Both the position numbers and the translations under genes were made by a program. Below, piece by piece: positions 32,314 through 42,164 of a stretch of 44,494 bases of DNA (within the stretch, counting starts at the first letter, position 1; every line of letters starts with the position of its first letter). Origin of the DNA: Actinomycetota bacterium (GTDB taxonomy: Bacteria > Actinomycetota > Actinomycetes > Nanopelagicales > Nanopelagicaceae); NCBI GenBank assembly GCA_046047175.1, contig JBJOIM010000001.1, positions 1 to 44,494 of the forward strand, given 5' to 3'. The notes beneath the pieces were generated by a model. The model did no database searches. It worked only from the letters and a program-made list of their open reading frames with translations, and was not told the origin of the DNA.

Positions 32314-33105
32314 ATGACAGCATCAGAGGTACGGATTTCTTACGAACCGCCAACCGGAACTCCACTTGGCAGTAATGGTTGGTTTCGTTTTGGAGCCACA
32401 GTTTTACGCCCAATTCTCAATCTCATAATCAAGAAAGATTGGCGCGGGATCGAAAATTTGCCAAAGTCAGGCGCCGCAATTGTTGTTTGCAACCATCTCT
32501 CATATGTCGATCCACTTACCTTTACCCATTTTCTCTATAACAATGGTCGAGCGCCCCGGTATCTTGGAAAAGAGTCGGTATTTAAGATCCCATTAATTGG
32601 CAAGGTAATTAGAGGTGCAGGACAGATTCCGGTTTCCAGAGAGAGCAAAGATGCGATCAAAGGACTCGAGCATGCCATCGCGGTGTTGAAGGCGGGACAT
32701 TTGCTAGGGGTTTATCCAGAAGGAACTTTAACCCGAGATGAAAATCTGTGGCCAATGCGGGGTAAAACAGGAGTGGCGCGTCTGGCCTTAATTACTGGAG
32801 CTCCGATCTATCCCTGTGCATCATGGGGGCCAGAGAAAGTGCTTCCACCGTACAGCAAGAAATTGCGGATATTTCCACGTACCAAGGTTTCAGTATTGAT
32901 GGGGGAGCCTTTAAATCTAGAGCGCTGGAAGGGTAAAGAAAATGACCCGGCTGCGGTTGAAGAGGTCGCTGATTACGTTATGGATGAGATCACAAAACTG
33001 TTAGAGATTTTACGGGGCGAGAAAGCACCCGCTATTCGCTTTGATCCAAAGAAATCTGATTTACCGCGCATCGGTAATTACAAGAAGGCCCGCAAGGCGC
33101 GTTAA
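32314..33105 (+). CDS. plsC: 1-acyl-sn-glycerol-3-phosphate acyltransferase family protein
   Basis: It has the HX4D motif (NHLSYVDP) and a PEGT motif. The ORF-track GTG start at 32281 lies inside the hupB terminator stem, so I prefer the ATG at 32314 (MTASEVR). Confidence 0.85.
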   Translation: MTASEVRISYEPPTGTPLGSNGWFRFGATVLRPILNLIIKKDWRGIENLPKSGAAIVVCNHLSYVDPLTFTHFLYNNGRAPRYLGKESVFKIPLIGKVIRGAGQIPVSRESKDAIKGLEHAIAVLKAGHLLGVYPEGTLTRDENLWPMRGKTGVARLALITGAPIYPCASWGPEKVLPPYSKKLRIFPRTKVSVLMGEPLNLERWKGKENDPAAVEEVADYVMDEITKLLEILRGEKAPAIRFDPKKSDLPRIGNYKKARKAR

Positions 33106-34109
33106 TGAAGATTTCGGTACTGGGAACTGGGCAGTGGGGAAGTGCCTTAGCGCAAATACTCTGTGATGCTGGAAATGATGTTTTGATTTGGGGAAGAAAT
33201 ACCAGTGTTGTAGATGAAATTAACTCTCGACATACAAATACCAACTCTCTGCCTGGCATTGCTTTGCCGCAAAATCTAAAAGCTACAACTGATATTTCTG
33301 TGGCGGTGCAACATGCTGAAATGTTGGTCTTAGCGGTTCCAGCTCAATCCTTACGAGAGAATCTTCAGCAGTGGAGAAAATTCTTTAATAAAGATATTCC
33401 AATTGTTTCCTCTCTGAAAGGTATTGAGGTATCCACTCAACTTCGTATGACAGAGGTAATTCAAGAGGTTATTGGGATTCCCGAGGATAAATTAGCGATA
33501 ATTACTGGGCCAAATCTGGCGCGAGAGGTTGTATTGCGCCAACCCGCTGGAGCGGTGGCCGCCTCGGTATCTCAAGAGTTAGCGGATTTAGTTGCTAAAG
33601 CATTTAACAATTCATATTTTCGAGTTTATACCTCCAACGATGTAATTGGATGTGAGTTAGCAGGTGCTGCCAAAAATGTGATCGCACTTGCGGTAGGTAT
33701 GGCAATAGGAATGGGATTTGGTGAAAACACCCAATCACTTGTAATAACCCGAGGTTTAAATGAGGTTACAAGATTGGCAATTGCGCGCGGTGCGATGCCA
33801 TTGACCTTTGTTGGACTAGCTGGAGTCGGTGATTTGCTTGCGACCTGTGGCTCTCCTCTATCTCGAAATAGATCCTTTGGTGAGGCTTTGGGTCGCACAG
33901 GCTCGATGCAGAGCGCTAGAGCAGATGTATCTTCTACGGTAGAAGGCGTTTCAACTGCAAAGGCGGTAGTGGACCTGGCGCACCTAGTTGGAGTGGAAGC
34001 TCCAATTATGGAGGCGGTTTATGAGGTGGTTAGTAATAACATTACGCCAGAGCAGGCAATAAGGTCCCTGATGCAGATCCAAACTGGAGCGGAGATTGAT
34101 CACGAATGA
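33105..34109 (+). CDS. gpsA: NAD(P)H-dependent glycerol-3-phosphate dehydrogenase
   Basis: 334 aa with the Rossmann motif VLGTGQWGSALA and conserved GPNLAREV and AGAAKNVIA motifs. It has a TAATG overlap with plsC. Confidence 0.94.
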   Translation: MKISVLGTGQWGSALAQILCDAGNDVLIWGRNTSVVDEINSRHTNTNSLPGIALPQNLKATTDISVAVQHAEMLVLAVPAQSLRENLQQWRKFFNKDIPIVSSLKGIEVSTQLRMTEVIQEVIGIPEDKLAIITGPNLAREVVLRQPAGAVAASVSQELADLVAKAFNNSYFRVYTSNDVIGCELAGAAKNVIALAVGMAIGMGFGENTQSLVITRGLNEVTRLAIARGAMPLTFVGLAGVGDLLATCGSPLSRNRSFGEALGRTGSMQSARADVSSTVEGVSTAKAVVDLAHLVGVEAPIMEAVYEVVSNNITPEQAIRSLMQIQTGAEIDHE

Positions 34110-35143
34110 AAAAGCGTGTTGCAATCATCTGTGGCGGCAGAAGTAGCGAACATCAAATCTCTTGCATTTCCGCCCGAGGCGTCCTAACTGCGATCGATAG
34201 AGATTTATTTGACCCGATTTTGATTGGCATTACCCAATCTGGAAAATGGGTAGCACTTGATTCAGCTGATGATTTTTCTAAGGATAAAGATGGATTACCT
34301 GTGGTTTCAGAATCAGGGATTGAAATTTCTTGGTCGGAGTTAAATGTTGATCTAGCTTTTCCATTACTACACGGTCCTTATGGCGAAGATGGAACTATTC
34401 AGGGTCTTTTTGAAATGATCAATCTTCCTTATGTTGGCTCGGGCGTGCTGGCTTCCGCTGTGGCGATGGATAAAACCTTTGCGAAACCAATTTACGCTGA
34501 CTTTGGTTTGAAAGTTGCTGACGGCATAACAGTTCACAAAAGAGATTGGGCAAAAAATCAAGCTGCGGAGATTGCCAAGATTTCTGCATTAGGTTTTCCG
34601 TTATTTGTAAAACCCGCGAGAAGTGGTTCAAGTCGTGGCACCACAAAGGTTAAATCTGAGGGCGAGATTCCTGCCGCTATCGAGGCGGCGCATGAGCATG
34701 ATCCAAAAGCCCTGGTCGAGGTCGCAATTAATGGTCGCGAAGTGGAGTGTGCGGTGCTGGAGATAGATGGAAAAGCTACCGCTTCAATCATCGGTGAGAT
34801 TATAGTTCATGAACCTCATGAGTTTTACGACTTTGAAGCCAAGTATTTGGATGGTTCAACCAGTTTTGATGTGCCGGCAAATATCCCAGAGAAAATATCT
34901 AATGAGATTCGCCAAGCCGCAGTAACCGCCTTTGAAGCTTTGGGTTGTGAAGGATTGGCCCGGGTAGATTTCTTTTTAACCCATGAAAATGAACTGCTAA
35001 TCAATGAACTTAACACCATGCCCGGCTTTACCAATTCCTCGGTATTTCCAATGTTATGGCGGGCCAGCGGAATGAGTTATGGCGCGCTGATTACACAATT
35101 AATTATGAGTGCGCTGCAGCGTGACCGAGGAGTGGTGCGCTAG
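34106..35143 (+). CDS. ddl: D-alanine--D-alanine ligase
   Basis: 345 aa with an ATP-grasp fold (FPLLHGPYGEDGTIQG, FVKPARSGSSRG, LNTMPGFT). It has an ATGA overlap with gpsA. Confidence 0.95.
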   Translation: MKKRVAIICGGRSSEHQISCISARGVLTAIDRDLFDPILIGITQSGKWVALDSADDFSKDKDGLPVVSESGIEISWSELNVDLAFPLLHGPYGEDGTIQGLFEMINLPYVGSGVLASAVAMDKTFAKPIYADFGLKVADGITVHKRDWAKNQAAEIAKISALGFPLFVKPARSGSSRGTTKVKSEGEIPAAIEAAHEHDPKALVEVAINGREVECAVLEIDGKATASIIGEIIVHEPHEFYDFEAKYLDGSTSFDVPANIPEKISNEIRQAAVTAFEALGCEGLARVDFFLTHENELLINELNTMPGFTNSSVFPMLWRASGMSYGALITQLIMSALQRDRGVVR

Positions 35144-35145
35144 AA

Positions 35146-35382
35146 CTAAAGGTTGGTTACTGGGCAGGTAAGGGTTCTGGTGATTCCAGGAATCGCCTGA
35201 ATCTTCGAGAGAACTGTTTTACCTAACTCATCCATATTTGCCGCTTCAGCTCGCATGATTACATCGTAAGGTCCAGTAACGCCTTCTGCGATAGTTACCC
35301 CAGCGATAGAGGTAACAGCTTTAGTGACAGCGCCAGCTTTTCCCACTTCGGTTTGAATCAAGATGTATGCCTGTATAGACAT
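35146..35382 (-). CDS. Small stand-alone Lrp/AsnC ligand-binding (RAM) domain protein with no HTH
   Basis: MSIQAYILIQTEVGKAG...VTGPYDVIMRAEAANMDELGKTVLSKIQAIPGITRTLTCPV is typical of the roughly 78-aa actinobacterial RAM-domain proteins. The ORF-track start at 35415 adds 11 aa, which is probably an over-extension. Confidence 0.75.
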   Translation of the reverse strand: MSIQAYILIQTEVGKAGAVTKAVTSIAGVTIAEGVTGPYDVIMRAEAANMDELGKTVLSKIQAIPGITRTLTCPVTNL

Positions 35383-35535
35383 TTTGAGTTCCATTTCATC
35401 CAGTGACCTCACCATTGAGGGTTATAGGTTTACTTACCGCCTTAGCGTAATTGCCGCGTGGGAATTAGGCTAGTGCTGTTGGCAAAATCTAGCGGACAAC
35501 TGAAATCAAAGTATCGAAATCGAGGATGTGCACCA

Positions 35536-36468
35536 GTGAATGAGCGTGAAGTACTTGCTCGGGTGCGCGCCATCTTTGACCAAGTTGCTGATCCACCAAA
35601 CCTCATTGTTCCCAATGGAGATGATGGAGCGGTTTTCGCACCTGCAGATTCAAATGTAGTCATCGCAACCGATATGGCGGTCGAAGATGTGCACTTTCGA
35701 TTGAGTTGGAGCACTGCTGGGGAAATTGGACAGAAAATTACCGCTGCTAACTTGGCCGATATTTGCGCTATGGGTGGATGGCCGCAGTATTTACTGGTTT
35801 CAGTTGGTTTTCCAAGATCATTTATTGGGAAACTAGAGCAGTTGGCACAAGGCATTTGTGATGAAGCGAGAAAAGTTGGCGCCAAGATAATTGGTGGAGA
35901 CTTATCGACCTCAGAGAAACTTGTAATTTCGATAACCGCGGTTGGCGCAGTTCAACGAAGTATTAAGAGATCAGATGCTCAAATTGGCGATCTTGTGCAA
36001 ATCTCTCATCTACCGGGTTGGTCAGCAGCCGGACTAACTCTCTTGCAACGAGTGGATGTCGAATCTCCTGAGAGCTCAAGAGCAATTTCTGCTCACCGGA
36101 CGCCGGAGATTGACTATCAGAAATACAAAGCGGCATTTGCGGCGATTAATGGTGCAACAGACACGAGCGATGGATTGCTACTTGATGCTGAAAGTATCGC
36201 CGACGCGAGTGGTTGCCATATAGCGCTAAATACTAATTCTTTAACAGAGATCAGTGGATATACGGCGCTTGCGAAGTTAGCAAAAACTCTTTCAGTAGAT
36301 GTAATGGAGTGGATATTGCACGGCGGAGAGGATCATGCATTGCTGGTAACCGCAAAACTCCCAATCCCAGATTTCTTTGTAATCGGAAAGGTGTCTGCAG
36401 GTTCTGGGATTAGCCTAGATGGAAAAGAAATTGGAGAGCAGGAAACCGGTTTCCAGCACCAATGGTGA
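35536..36468 (+). CDS. thiL: Thiamine-monophosphate kinase
   Basis: It has the AIR-synthase-related fold (GDDGAVF, ATDMAVEDVHF, AANLADICAMGG, GGDLS). The GTG at 35536 is preceded by GAGGA at a 9-nt spacing. The ORF-track start at 35458 adds an implausible 26-aa leader. Confidence 0.88.
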   Translation: MNEREVLARVRAIFDQVADPPNLIVPNGDDGAVFAPADSNVVIATDMAVEDVHFRLSWSTAGEIGQKITAANLADICAMGGWPQYLLVSVGFPRSFIGKLEQLAQGICDEARKVGAKIIGGDLSTSEKLVISITAVGAVQRSIKRSDAQIGDLVQISHLPGWSAAGLTLLQRVDVESPESSRAISAHRTPEIDYQKYKAAFAAINGATDTSDGLLLDAESIADASGCHIALNTNSLTEISGYTALAKLAKTLSVDVMEWILHGGEDHALLVTAKLPIPDFFVIGKVSAGSGISLDGKEIGEQETGFQHQW

Positions 36469-36489
36469 GTTTGGAGAAGCGGGGTTAAT

Positions 36490-36675
36490 TTAGCGCGCGA
36501 CCTTGCCAGCTTTTAGGCAAGAGGTGCAGACGTTTTGGCGCTTTGTGTATCCGTTTACCAAGGTGCGGATGCGCTGGATATTTGGGTTCCAACGACGACG
36601 GGTACGACGGTTTGAGTGTGACACGTTATTGCCGAAGCTTGGCCCTTTGCCACAGATATCGCATACAGATGCCAC
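36490..36675 (-). CDS. rpmB: 50S ribosomal protein L28
   Basis: 61 aa: [34 protein letters not shown]... It starts at GTG with an AAGGAG RBS. Confidence 0.95.
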   Translation of the reverse strand: MASVCDICGKGPSFGNNVSHSNRRTRRRWNPNIQRIRTLVNGYTKRQNVCTSCLKAGKVAR

Positions 36676-36837
36676 GTTCGTACTCCTTGAAACTTAGAAT
36701 TGACCTTTGGTTACTTCAGCCAGTGATTGCTTCAACCAGCGGGCGCAAGAGTAGCCGCAAAGCCCGTCTGTGCGCCAATCTGGCTGGAAAAAGCCAAATG
36801 TGAGCGGGAATTACGGGGCTATCCGAGAGAATGAAGC

Positions 36838-39054
36838 ATGGCAGCTTTGGACTCACGGTTGGTCTCGATAGTCGGGGATAAGACCGCCAAAGTACTGGCC
36901 GATGAGTTGGAACTACACACCGTTGGAGATTTATTACGTCACTACCCGAGACGCTATGTAGTTCGAGGCGAACTTACCGACATCCAATCACTGGTTGAAG
37001 GTGAAGAGGTAACTATCTTTGCCAAAGTAGAAAGTACCAAGGTTAGGAGAATCCCCGGCCGTAAGGGCGCAATTGTCGAGACCATAGTTACCGATGGAAA
37101 AGCCAAATTGATTTTAACTTTTTTCAATCAAGTGTGGAGAGAGAAAGATTTGCGCGAAGGTCGACAGGGTTTATTTGCCGGCAAAGTGGGAGTCTTCAAA
37201 GGAAAGCGTCAGCTTTCACACCCAGATTACCTTTTGATTCCAGAAGGTGATGATGTTGATTCGGCCATCGGGGATTTTGCGGGAAAGTTCCTGCCTGTTT
37301 ATCCCGCGACCGCGAAGTTGCCATCATGGAAGATCGCGCAATGTGTACGACTCGCGCTCTCCGCACTGGAGAGTTTGCCCGATTATGTACCGCAGGAGTA
37401 TTTAGAAGAGTTGGGGTATCCCGATTTTGTTACCGCACTTCATGAAGTACATGAACCAACAAGTGCGGAAGCAGCGGAGTTAGCTAAACAGAGATTAACC
37501 TTTGATGAAGCTCTATTAATGCAGTTGTTTCTCGCACTGCGCCGTATAGAACTACGGGCAGCTACAACCAAGCAACGTGCGCCGCGCGAGGCGGGAGTGC
37601 TTCAAGCTTTTGATGCTCGGATGCCATTTGAACTCACTGCGGGCCAGAAACAAGTTTGGCAGGAGATAGTTAGAGATCTGTCCGGAAATCATCCGATGTA
37701 TCGATTACTGCAGGGCGATGTTGGCTCAGGAAAAACTATTGTCGCTTTGCGTGCGATGCTGGCGGTCGTAGATTCTGGAGGTCAATCCGCTCTATTGGCT
37801 CCAACCGAGGTGTTGGCGCAACAACATTTCCAGAATTTTCGCCGTCTTTTAGGTGATTTGGCAGAGGGTGGAATGCTCGGTGGTAACGAGGTCGGAACGC
37901 AGCTTGGTTTGCTCACTGGATCCATGACTCAAGCCGACAAACGCGCGATGCAATCAGCTATAGCCGCTGGTGAGATTGGAATAGTTGTTGGCACACATGC
38001 GCTTTTGAGTGAAAATGTTGAGTTTGCGGATTTAGGTTTGGTTGTAGTTGATGAACAGCATCGTTTTGGAGTTGAGCAACGCGATGCATTGCGCGGAAAG
38101 TCAATGCAGCCACCTCACGTATTGGTTATGACCGCAACCCCAATTCCACGAACTGTGGCTATGACAATTTTCGGTGATTTAGATGTTTCTACTTTGCGCG
38201 AGTTGCCGTTGGGCAGATCACCAATTACTACCCATGTTGTTTCCGCTATTTCAAAGCCACAACACTTGCAGCGGGCATGGAGTAGAGCGTTGGAGGAGGT
38301 TAAGCAGGGTCATCAGGTGTATGTCGTCGCGCCTCGTATCTCCGCCAATGATGACTCAGACTTACAAAGATTTGGCTTGACCGCTGATGAGCTAGCACTT
38401 GCTCGAAAGCTTTCTGATGAGGATGAAAAGACCGGCAGTTTGCCATTGAACTCGGTAGAGGAACTTTTCCCCGAGTTACAAAACGGAGCATTAAGAGATG
38501 TAAGAGTTTCTATGTTGCACGGCCGCCTGAGAAGTGAGGAAAAAGAAGCGGTGATGAACCAGTTTGCTAGTGGTGAGATTGATGTACTTGTGACCACCAC
38601 AGTTATCGAGGTTGGCGTAGATGTTCCAAACGCATCAATGATGATAATTATGGATGCGGACCGATTCGGAGTCTCTCAACTACATCAGCTACGTGGTCGA
38701 GTAGGTCGTGGTACTACCCCTGGACTTTGCTTGTTAGTAACAAATACTCGAGAAGAATCCGATGCCATGCATCGATTACATGCTGTCGCTTCGACTACGG
38801 ATGGATTTGAGTTAAGCCGTTTGGATCTTGAGCAAAGACGAGAGGGCGATGTGCTGGGAGCGGCACAATCTGGTGCACGCTCACATCTTCGGTTATTGCG
38901 AGTTATCCGTGATGAGGAGTTAATCGTTAAGGCCAGAGAAGTGGCGGAGCGAATCACTGCTGTGGACCCTTCCCTTAGCAAATTTGCACAGTTACAGATT
39001 GAAATTGATAAGTTGCGCCAGGAAGAGCGGGCCTCTTATTTGGAGAAGAGATAA
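36838..39054 (+). CDS. recG: ATP-dependent DNA helicase RecG
   Basis: 738 aa. It has a wedge/OB domain, helicase motif I GDVGSGKT, a DEQH box and the TATPIPRT motif. Confidence 0.95.
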   Translation: MAALDSRLVSIVGDKTAKVLADELELHTVGDLLRHYPRRYVVRGELTDIQSLVEGEEVTIFAKVESTKVRRIPGRKGAIVETIVTDGKAKLILTFFNQVWREKDLREGRQGLFAGKVGVFKGKRQLSHPDYLLIPEGDDVDSAIGDFAGKFLPVYPATAKLPSWKIAQCVRLALSALESLPDYVPQEYLEELGYPDFVTALHEVHEPTSAEAAELAKQRLTFDEALLMQLFLALRRIELRAATTKQRAPREAGVLQAFDARMPFELTAGQKQVWQEIVRDLSGNHPMYRLLQGDVGSGKTIVALRAMLAVVDSGGQSALLAPTEVLAQQHFQNFRRLLGDLAEGGMLGGNEVGTQLGLLTGSMTQADKRAMQSAIAAGEIGIVVGTHALLSENVEFADLGLVVVDEQHRFGVEQRDALRGKSMQPPHVLVMTATPIPRTVAMTIFGDLDVSTLRELPLGRSPITTHVVSAISKPQHLQRAWSRALEEVKQGHQVYVVAPRISANDDSDLQRFGLTADELALARKLSDEDEKTGSLPLNSVEELFPELQNGALRDVRVSMLHGRLRSEEKEAVMNQFASGEIDVLVTTTVIEVGVDVPNASMMIIMDADRFGVSQLHQLRGRVGRGTTPGLCLLVTNTREESDAMHRLHAVASTTDGFELSRLDLEQRREGDVLGAAQSGARSHLRLLRVIRDEELIVKAREVAERITAVDPSLSKFAQLQIEIDKLRQEERASYLEKR

Positions 39055-39623
39055 TGAGAATAATTGCAGGGCTTGGCAAAGGAAGAAATCTCTATTCACC
39101 GGTCGGCAATACCCGACCAACCTCAGATCGCGCCCGCGAAGCATTATTTTCCACTTTGGAGTCAGAATTCGGATCTATAAATGATTTAACTTTTTTGGAT
39201 TTGTACTGTGGCTCTGGCGCGGTCGGCGCAGAAGCACTCTCGCGAGGAGCAGCCGTTGTATATGCAATTGATAATGATGACAAGGCGACCGCAGTTGCAA
39301 AACAAAATTTCGAACTCTTAGGCAATTTAACGGGAATCGGAAGTCATACCGTTATAACCATTTCGGCTGGCAAATTCCTCGAAAGGGGAGCGGATTTGAA
39401 ATTTGATGTTGTGTTTGTTGACCCACCTTACGATCTACCCAATAATGAAATAGAGAAAATCATGGAATCATTGCTGCGGAACGGTTTTCTCAAACCATCT
39501 TCAGTCATCGCTATCGAACGCGACTCAAAATCCAAGCCCATAAATTGGCCTGAGGGATTGCATGAGGTAAAGGTCAGAAAGTACGGCGCAGCAACCATTT
39601 TTTATGCGGAACCACTCGCATAA
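39054..39623 (+). CDS. rsmD: 16S rRNA (guanine966-N2)-methyltransferase
   Basis: 189 aa with R..RPTSDRAREALF, the SAM motif LDLYCGSGAVG and DPPY. It has a TAATG overlap with recG. Confidence 0.9.
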   Translation: MRIIAGLGKGRNLYSPVGNTRPTSDRAREALFSTLESEFGSINDLTFLDLYCGSGAVGAEALSRGAAVVYAIDNDDKATAVAKQNFELLGNLTGIGSHTVITISAGKFLERGADLKFDVVFVDPPYDLPNNEIEKIMESLLRNGFLKPSSVIAIERDSKSKPINWPEGLHEVKVRKYGAATIFYAEPLA

Positions 39624-39640
39624 TTTTTGGGTCGTGTTAG

Positions 39641-40120
<480 letters not shown>

Positions 40121-40132
40121 AGGAGATTAACT

Positions 40133-40609
40133 GTGGAAGCTATTGAGAAACTCCAATCAGCAATAACTATGGTTAATGAAGCACGCGCTGTTCCATTGTC
40201 CGCTTCCTGTGTTGTGCACCGCGGTGAGTTGTTAGGCATTCTCGAGGAGATTAATCAGGCGCTGCCAGCAGATCTAGCTAATGCCAAGAAACTATTGGCA
40301 AATCGAGAGCACATTGTTGAAGAGGGAAGACAAAGCGCTGAACAGCTCATCTCACATGCCCGCGAGGAAGTGGCGCGTATGGTTGAGCAAACCGCAATCG
40401 TTGCAGCTGCCCGCGAGGAATCGGCCCGCTTGATAGAAGAAGCGCATTTGAAGGTAGAGCAAGAACGTGAAGAGGTTGATGCTTATATCGATTCTCGCCT
40501 CGCCACCCTAGAGGTAATTTTAAATAAAACTCTTGAAGCGGTTAATCGGGGACGTGAACGTTTAGCGGGAGCAAGTGACAAGGATGTTCTCTCGCAGCTT
40601 GCTGATTAA
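40133..40609 (+). CDS. Conserved coiled-coil protein of unknown function (acidic, Glu/Ala/Arg-rich)
   Basis: 158 aa starting at GTG. It reads as heptad-like, charged helical sequence (REHIVEEGRQSAEQLISHAREEVARMVEQTAIVAAAREESARLIEEAHLKVEQEREEVD). I recognise no catalytic motif. Confidence 0.7.
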   Translation: MEAIEKLQSAITMVNEARAVPLSASCVVHRGELLGILEEINQALPADLANAKKLLANREHIVEEGRQSAEQLISHAREEVARMVEQTAIVAAAREESARLIEEAHLKVEQEREEVDAYIDSRLATLEVILNKTLEAVNRGRERLAGASDKDVLSQLAD

Positions 40610-40627
40610 TTTTCTAAAGGCAACCAA

Positions 40628-41182
40628 ATGAACTCCAAAGGGCAGTCTCCATTTAAGGTAAATCTGCATGAGCTACCGAGACGTGCGGGAGAGATGCGTG
40701 AGTACGCCTTTTCCTTCCCTGCCACCGAGCCAATCGGGGTTCCGCTCCTTCAGATAACAGTGGGCACGGAGATCTCGCTCCAATTTAAAGCAGAGTCTGT
40801 CGATGATGGGGTGCTGATTACCGGAGAGGTTAAATCTCATGCCACAGGAGAATGCGGTCGCTGCCTAGATCCGATTGATTTTGCAATCGACCAGCGGTTT
40901 CAAGAGCTTTACCTGTACGCCAGCAGGAAGTCGGAAAACCCTGACGAGGATGATGAGTTATTTGTTTTGGATGGCGATGTGGCCGACCTGGAGATCGCGA
41001 TAAGAGATGCGGTGATTCTTTCTATGCCGGTCAATCCAATCTGCTCCCAAGAGTGTGAGGGACTCTGTCCGCAATGTGGCGAGAAGTGGGCTGAGCTCCC
41101 TGATAATCATGGACATGAGGTTGTCGACCCACGTTGGGGTGGGTTGGCAGGCTGGAAACCCAGTTCAGGGCCGGAAAAATAG
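40628..41182 (+). CDS. YceD-family (DUF177) protein, with a probable role in large-subunit ribosome/23S rRNA maturation
   Basis: 184 aa with two CxxC pairs (CGRCLD, CSQECEGLCPQCG). It lies immediately upstream of rpmF, the arrangement seen in most bacteria. Confidence 0.85.
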   Translation: MNSKGQSPFKVNLHELPRRAGEMREYAFSFPATEPIGVPLLQITVGTEISLQFKAESVDDGVLITGEVKSHATGECGRCLDPIDFAIDQRFQELYLYASRKSENPDEDDELFVLDGDVADLEIAIRDAVILSMPVNPICSQECEGLCPQCGEKWAELPDNHGHEVVDPRWGGLAGWKPSSGPEK

Positions 41183-41287
41183 CGGGTTAATTTGGCAAAC
41201 CTCCCCAGCCTGGGAGATACTTGCCCGCCCAAAGGGGTGCTTAGAAGCTTTTTGAAAAAGCCTAACCAGAATTGAAGGAGAACTACC

Positions 41288-41461
41288 GTGCCATTACCCA
41301 AGCGAAAGATGTCCCGCTCGCGCACACGTTCTCGTCGTAGCCAATGGAAAGCAACCCCAGCTGCTACCGCTAACTGCAGCCAGTGCCAGCAACCAAAGTT
41401 GCAGCACACCGCATGTCCAACCTGCGGCACATATAACCGTCGTCAAGTTCTAGAGGTTTAA
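41288..41461 (+). CDS. rpmF: 50S ribosomal protein L32 (57 aa, absent from the ORF track)
   Basis: Hand translation gives VPLPKRKMSRSRTRSRRSQWKATPAATANCSQCQQPKLQHTACPTCGTYNRRQVLEV. It starts at GTG, preceded by GAAGGAG. The CxxC...CxxC zinc ribbon is intact. Confidence 0.93.
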   Translation: MPLPKRKMSRSRTRSRRSQWKATPAATANCSQCQQPKLQHTACPTCGTYNRRQVLEV

Positions 41462-41463
41462 TC

Positions 41464-42147
41464 CTGACTCTGGCTTTAACCGAAAAGCTCGGAGTTTCGG
41501 TAAGTCCAGAGCTTCTTAATCTCGCGCTAACTCATCGTTCATTTGCATATGAGTTCGGTGGTCTGCCAACTAATGAACGCTTAGAGTTTCTAGGCGATAG
41601 CGTTTTAGGTTTAATTATTACCGAAGCTTTATACGAGCGATTTCCTGATTTAGATGAGTCCAGACTTTCGCCCCTACGTTCTGGAATTGTGAACATGCGG
41701 GCATTGGCTGCAATCGCTCGTGATCTGCAACTCGGCTCCGCTCTAAAAATCGGAAAAGGTGAAGAGGTAACTGGCGGTCGAGATAAGAACTCGATACTGG
41801 CTGATGCTCTAGAAGCCTTAGTCGGAGCGATTTATCTTGACCATGGTTTCGCCACCACTACAAATGTTGTTATGAAATTGATGGAGCCAGCAATAGAAGA
41901 TGCGGTAACCCGCGGCGCTGGATTAGATGGCAAGACCGCTCTGCAAGAAATTGTTGCTGCATCAGGATGGCTACCGCCCGAATATAAAGTCACTGAATCT
42001 GGACCTGACCACGATAAGGACTTTGTCGCTGTCGCAGTTGTTAATGGGGTTACATATAAGTCAGGTCATGGAAAAAGTAAACGAGAGGCTGAGCAGGTTG
42101 CTGCGCGTTTAGCTTATGAAGAAATTACTCAAACACCCTCTATATAA
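41464..42147 (+). CDS. rnc: Ribonuclease III. The 5' end is set at a CTG codon because no canonical start precedes the catalytic motif.
   Basis: The in-frame translation from 41464 is LTLALTEKLGVSVSPELLNLALTHRSFAYEFGGLPTNERLEFLGDSVLGLIITEALYERFPD..., which contains the RNase III signature ERLEFLGDS. A dsRBD forms the C-terminus. The ORF-track start at 41689 would delete the active site. AGAGGT lies 7 nt upstream of the CTG. Confidence 0.85.
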   Translation: MTLALTEKLGVSVSPELLNLALTHRSFAYEFGGLPTNERLEFLGDSVLGLIITEALYERFPDLDESRLSPLRSGIVNMRALAAIARDLQLGSALKIGKGEEVTGGRDKNSILADALEALVGAIYLDHGFATTTNVVMKLMEPAIEDAVTRGAGLDGKTALQEIVAASGWLPPEYKVTESGPDHDKDFVAVAVVNGVTYKSGHGKSKREAEQVAARLAYEEITQTPSI

Positions 42148-42164
42148 AAGCTTGCAAACTTCCA

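Noticed and set aside
36676-36837. ORFs 36503-36697(+) and 36543-36803(+), and a possible sRNA in the rpmB/recG divergent spacer.
   Set aside because: The ORFs are largely antisense to rpmB and have no RBS or motif. The spacer shows only loose GGCGCA...TGCGCC complementarity, which is most simply explained as divergent promoter DNA.
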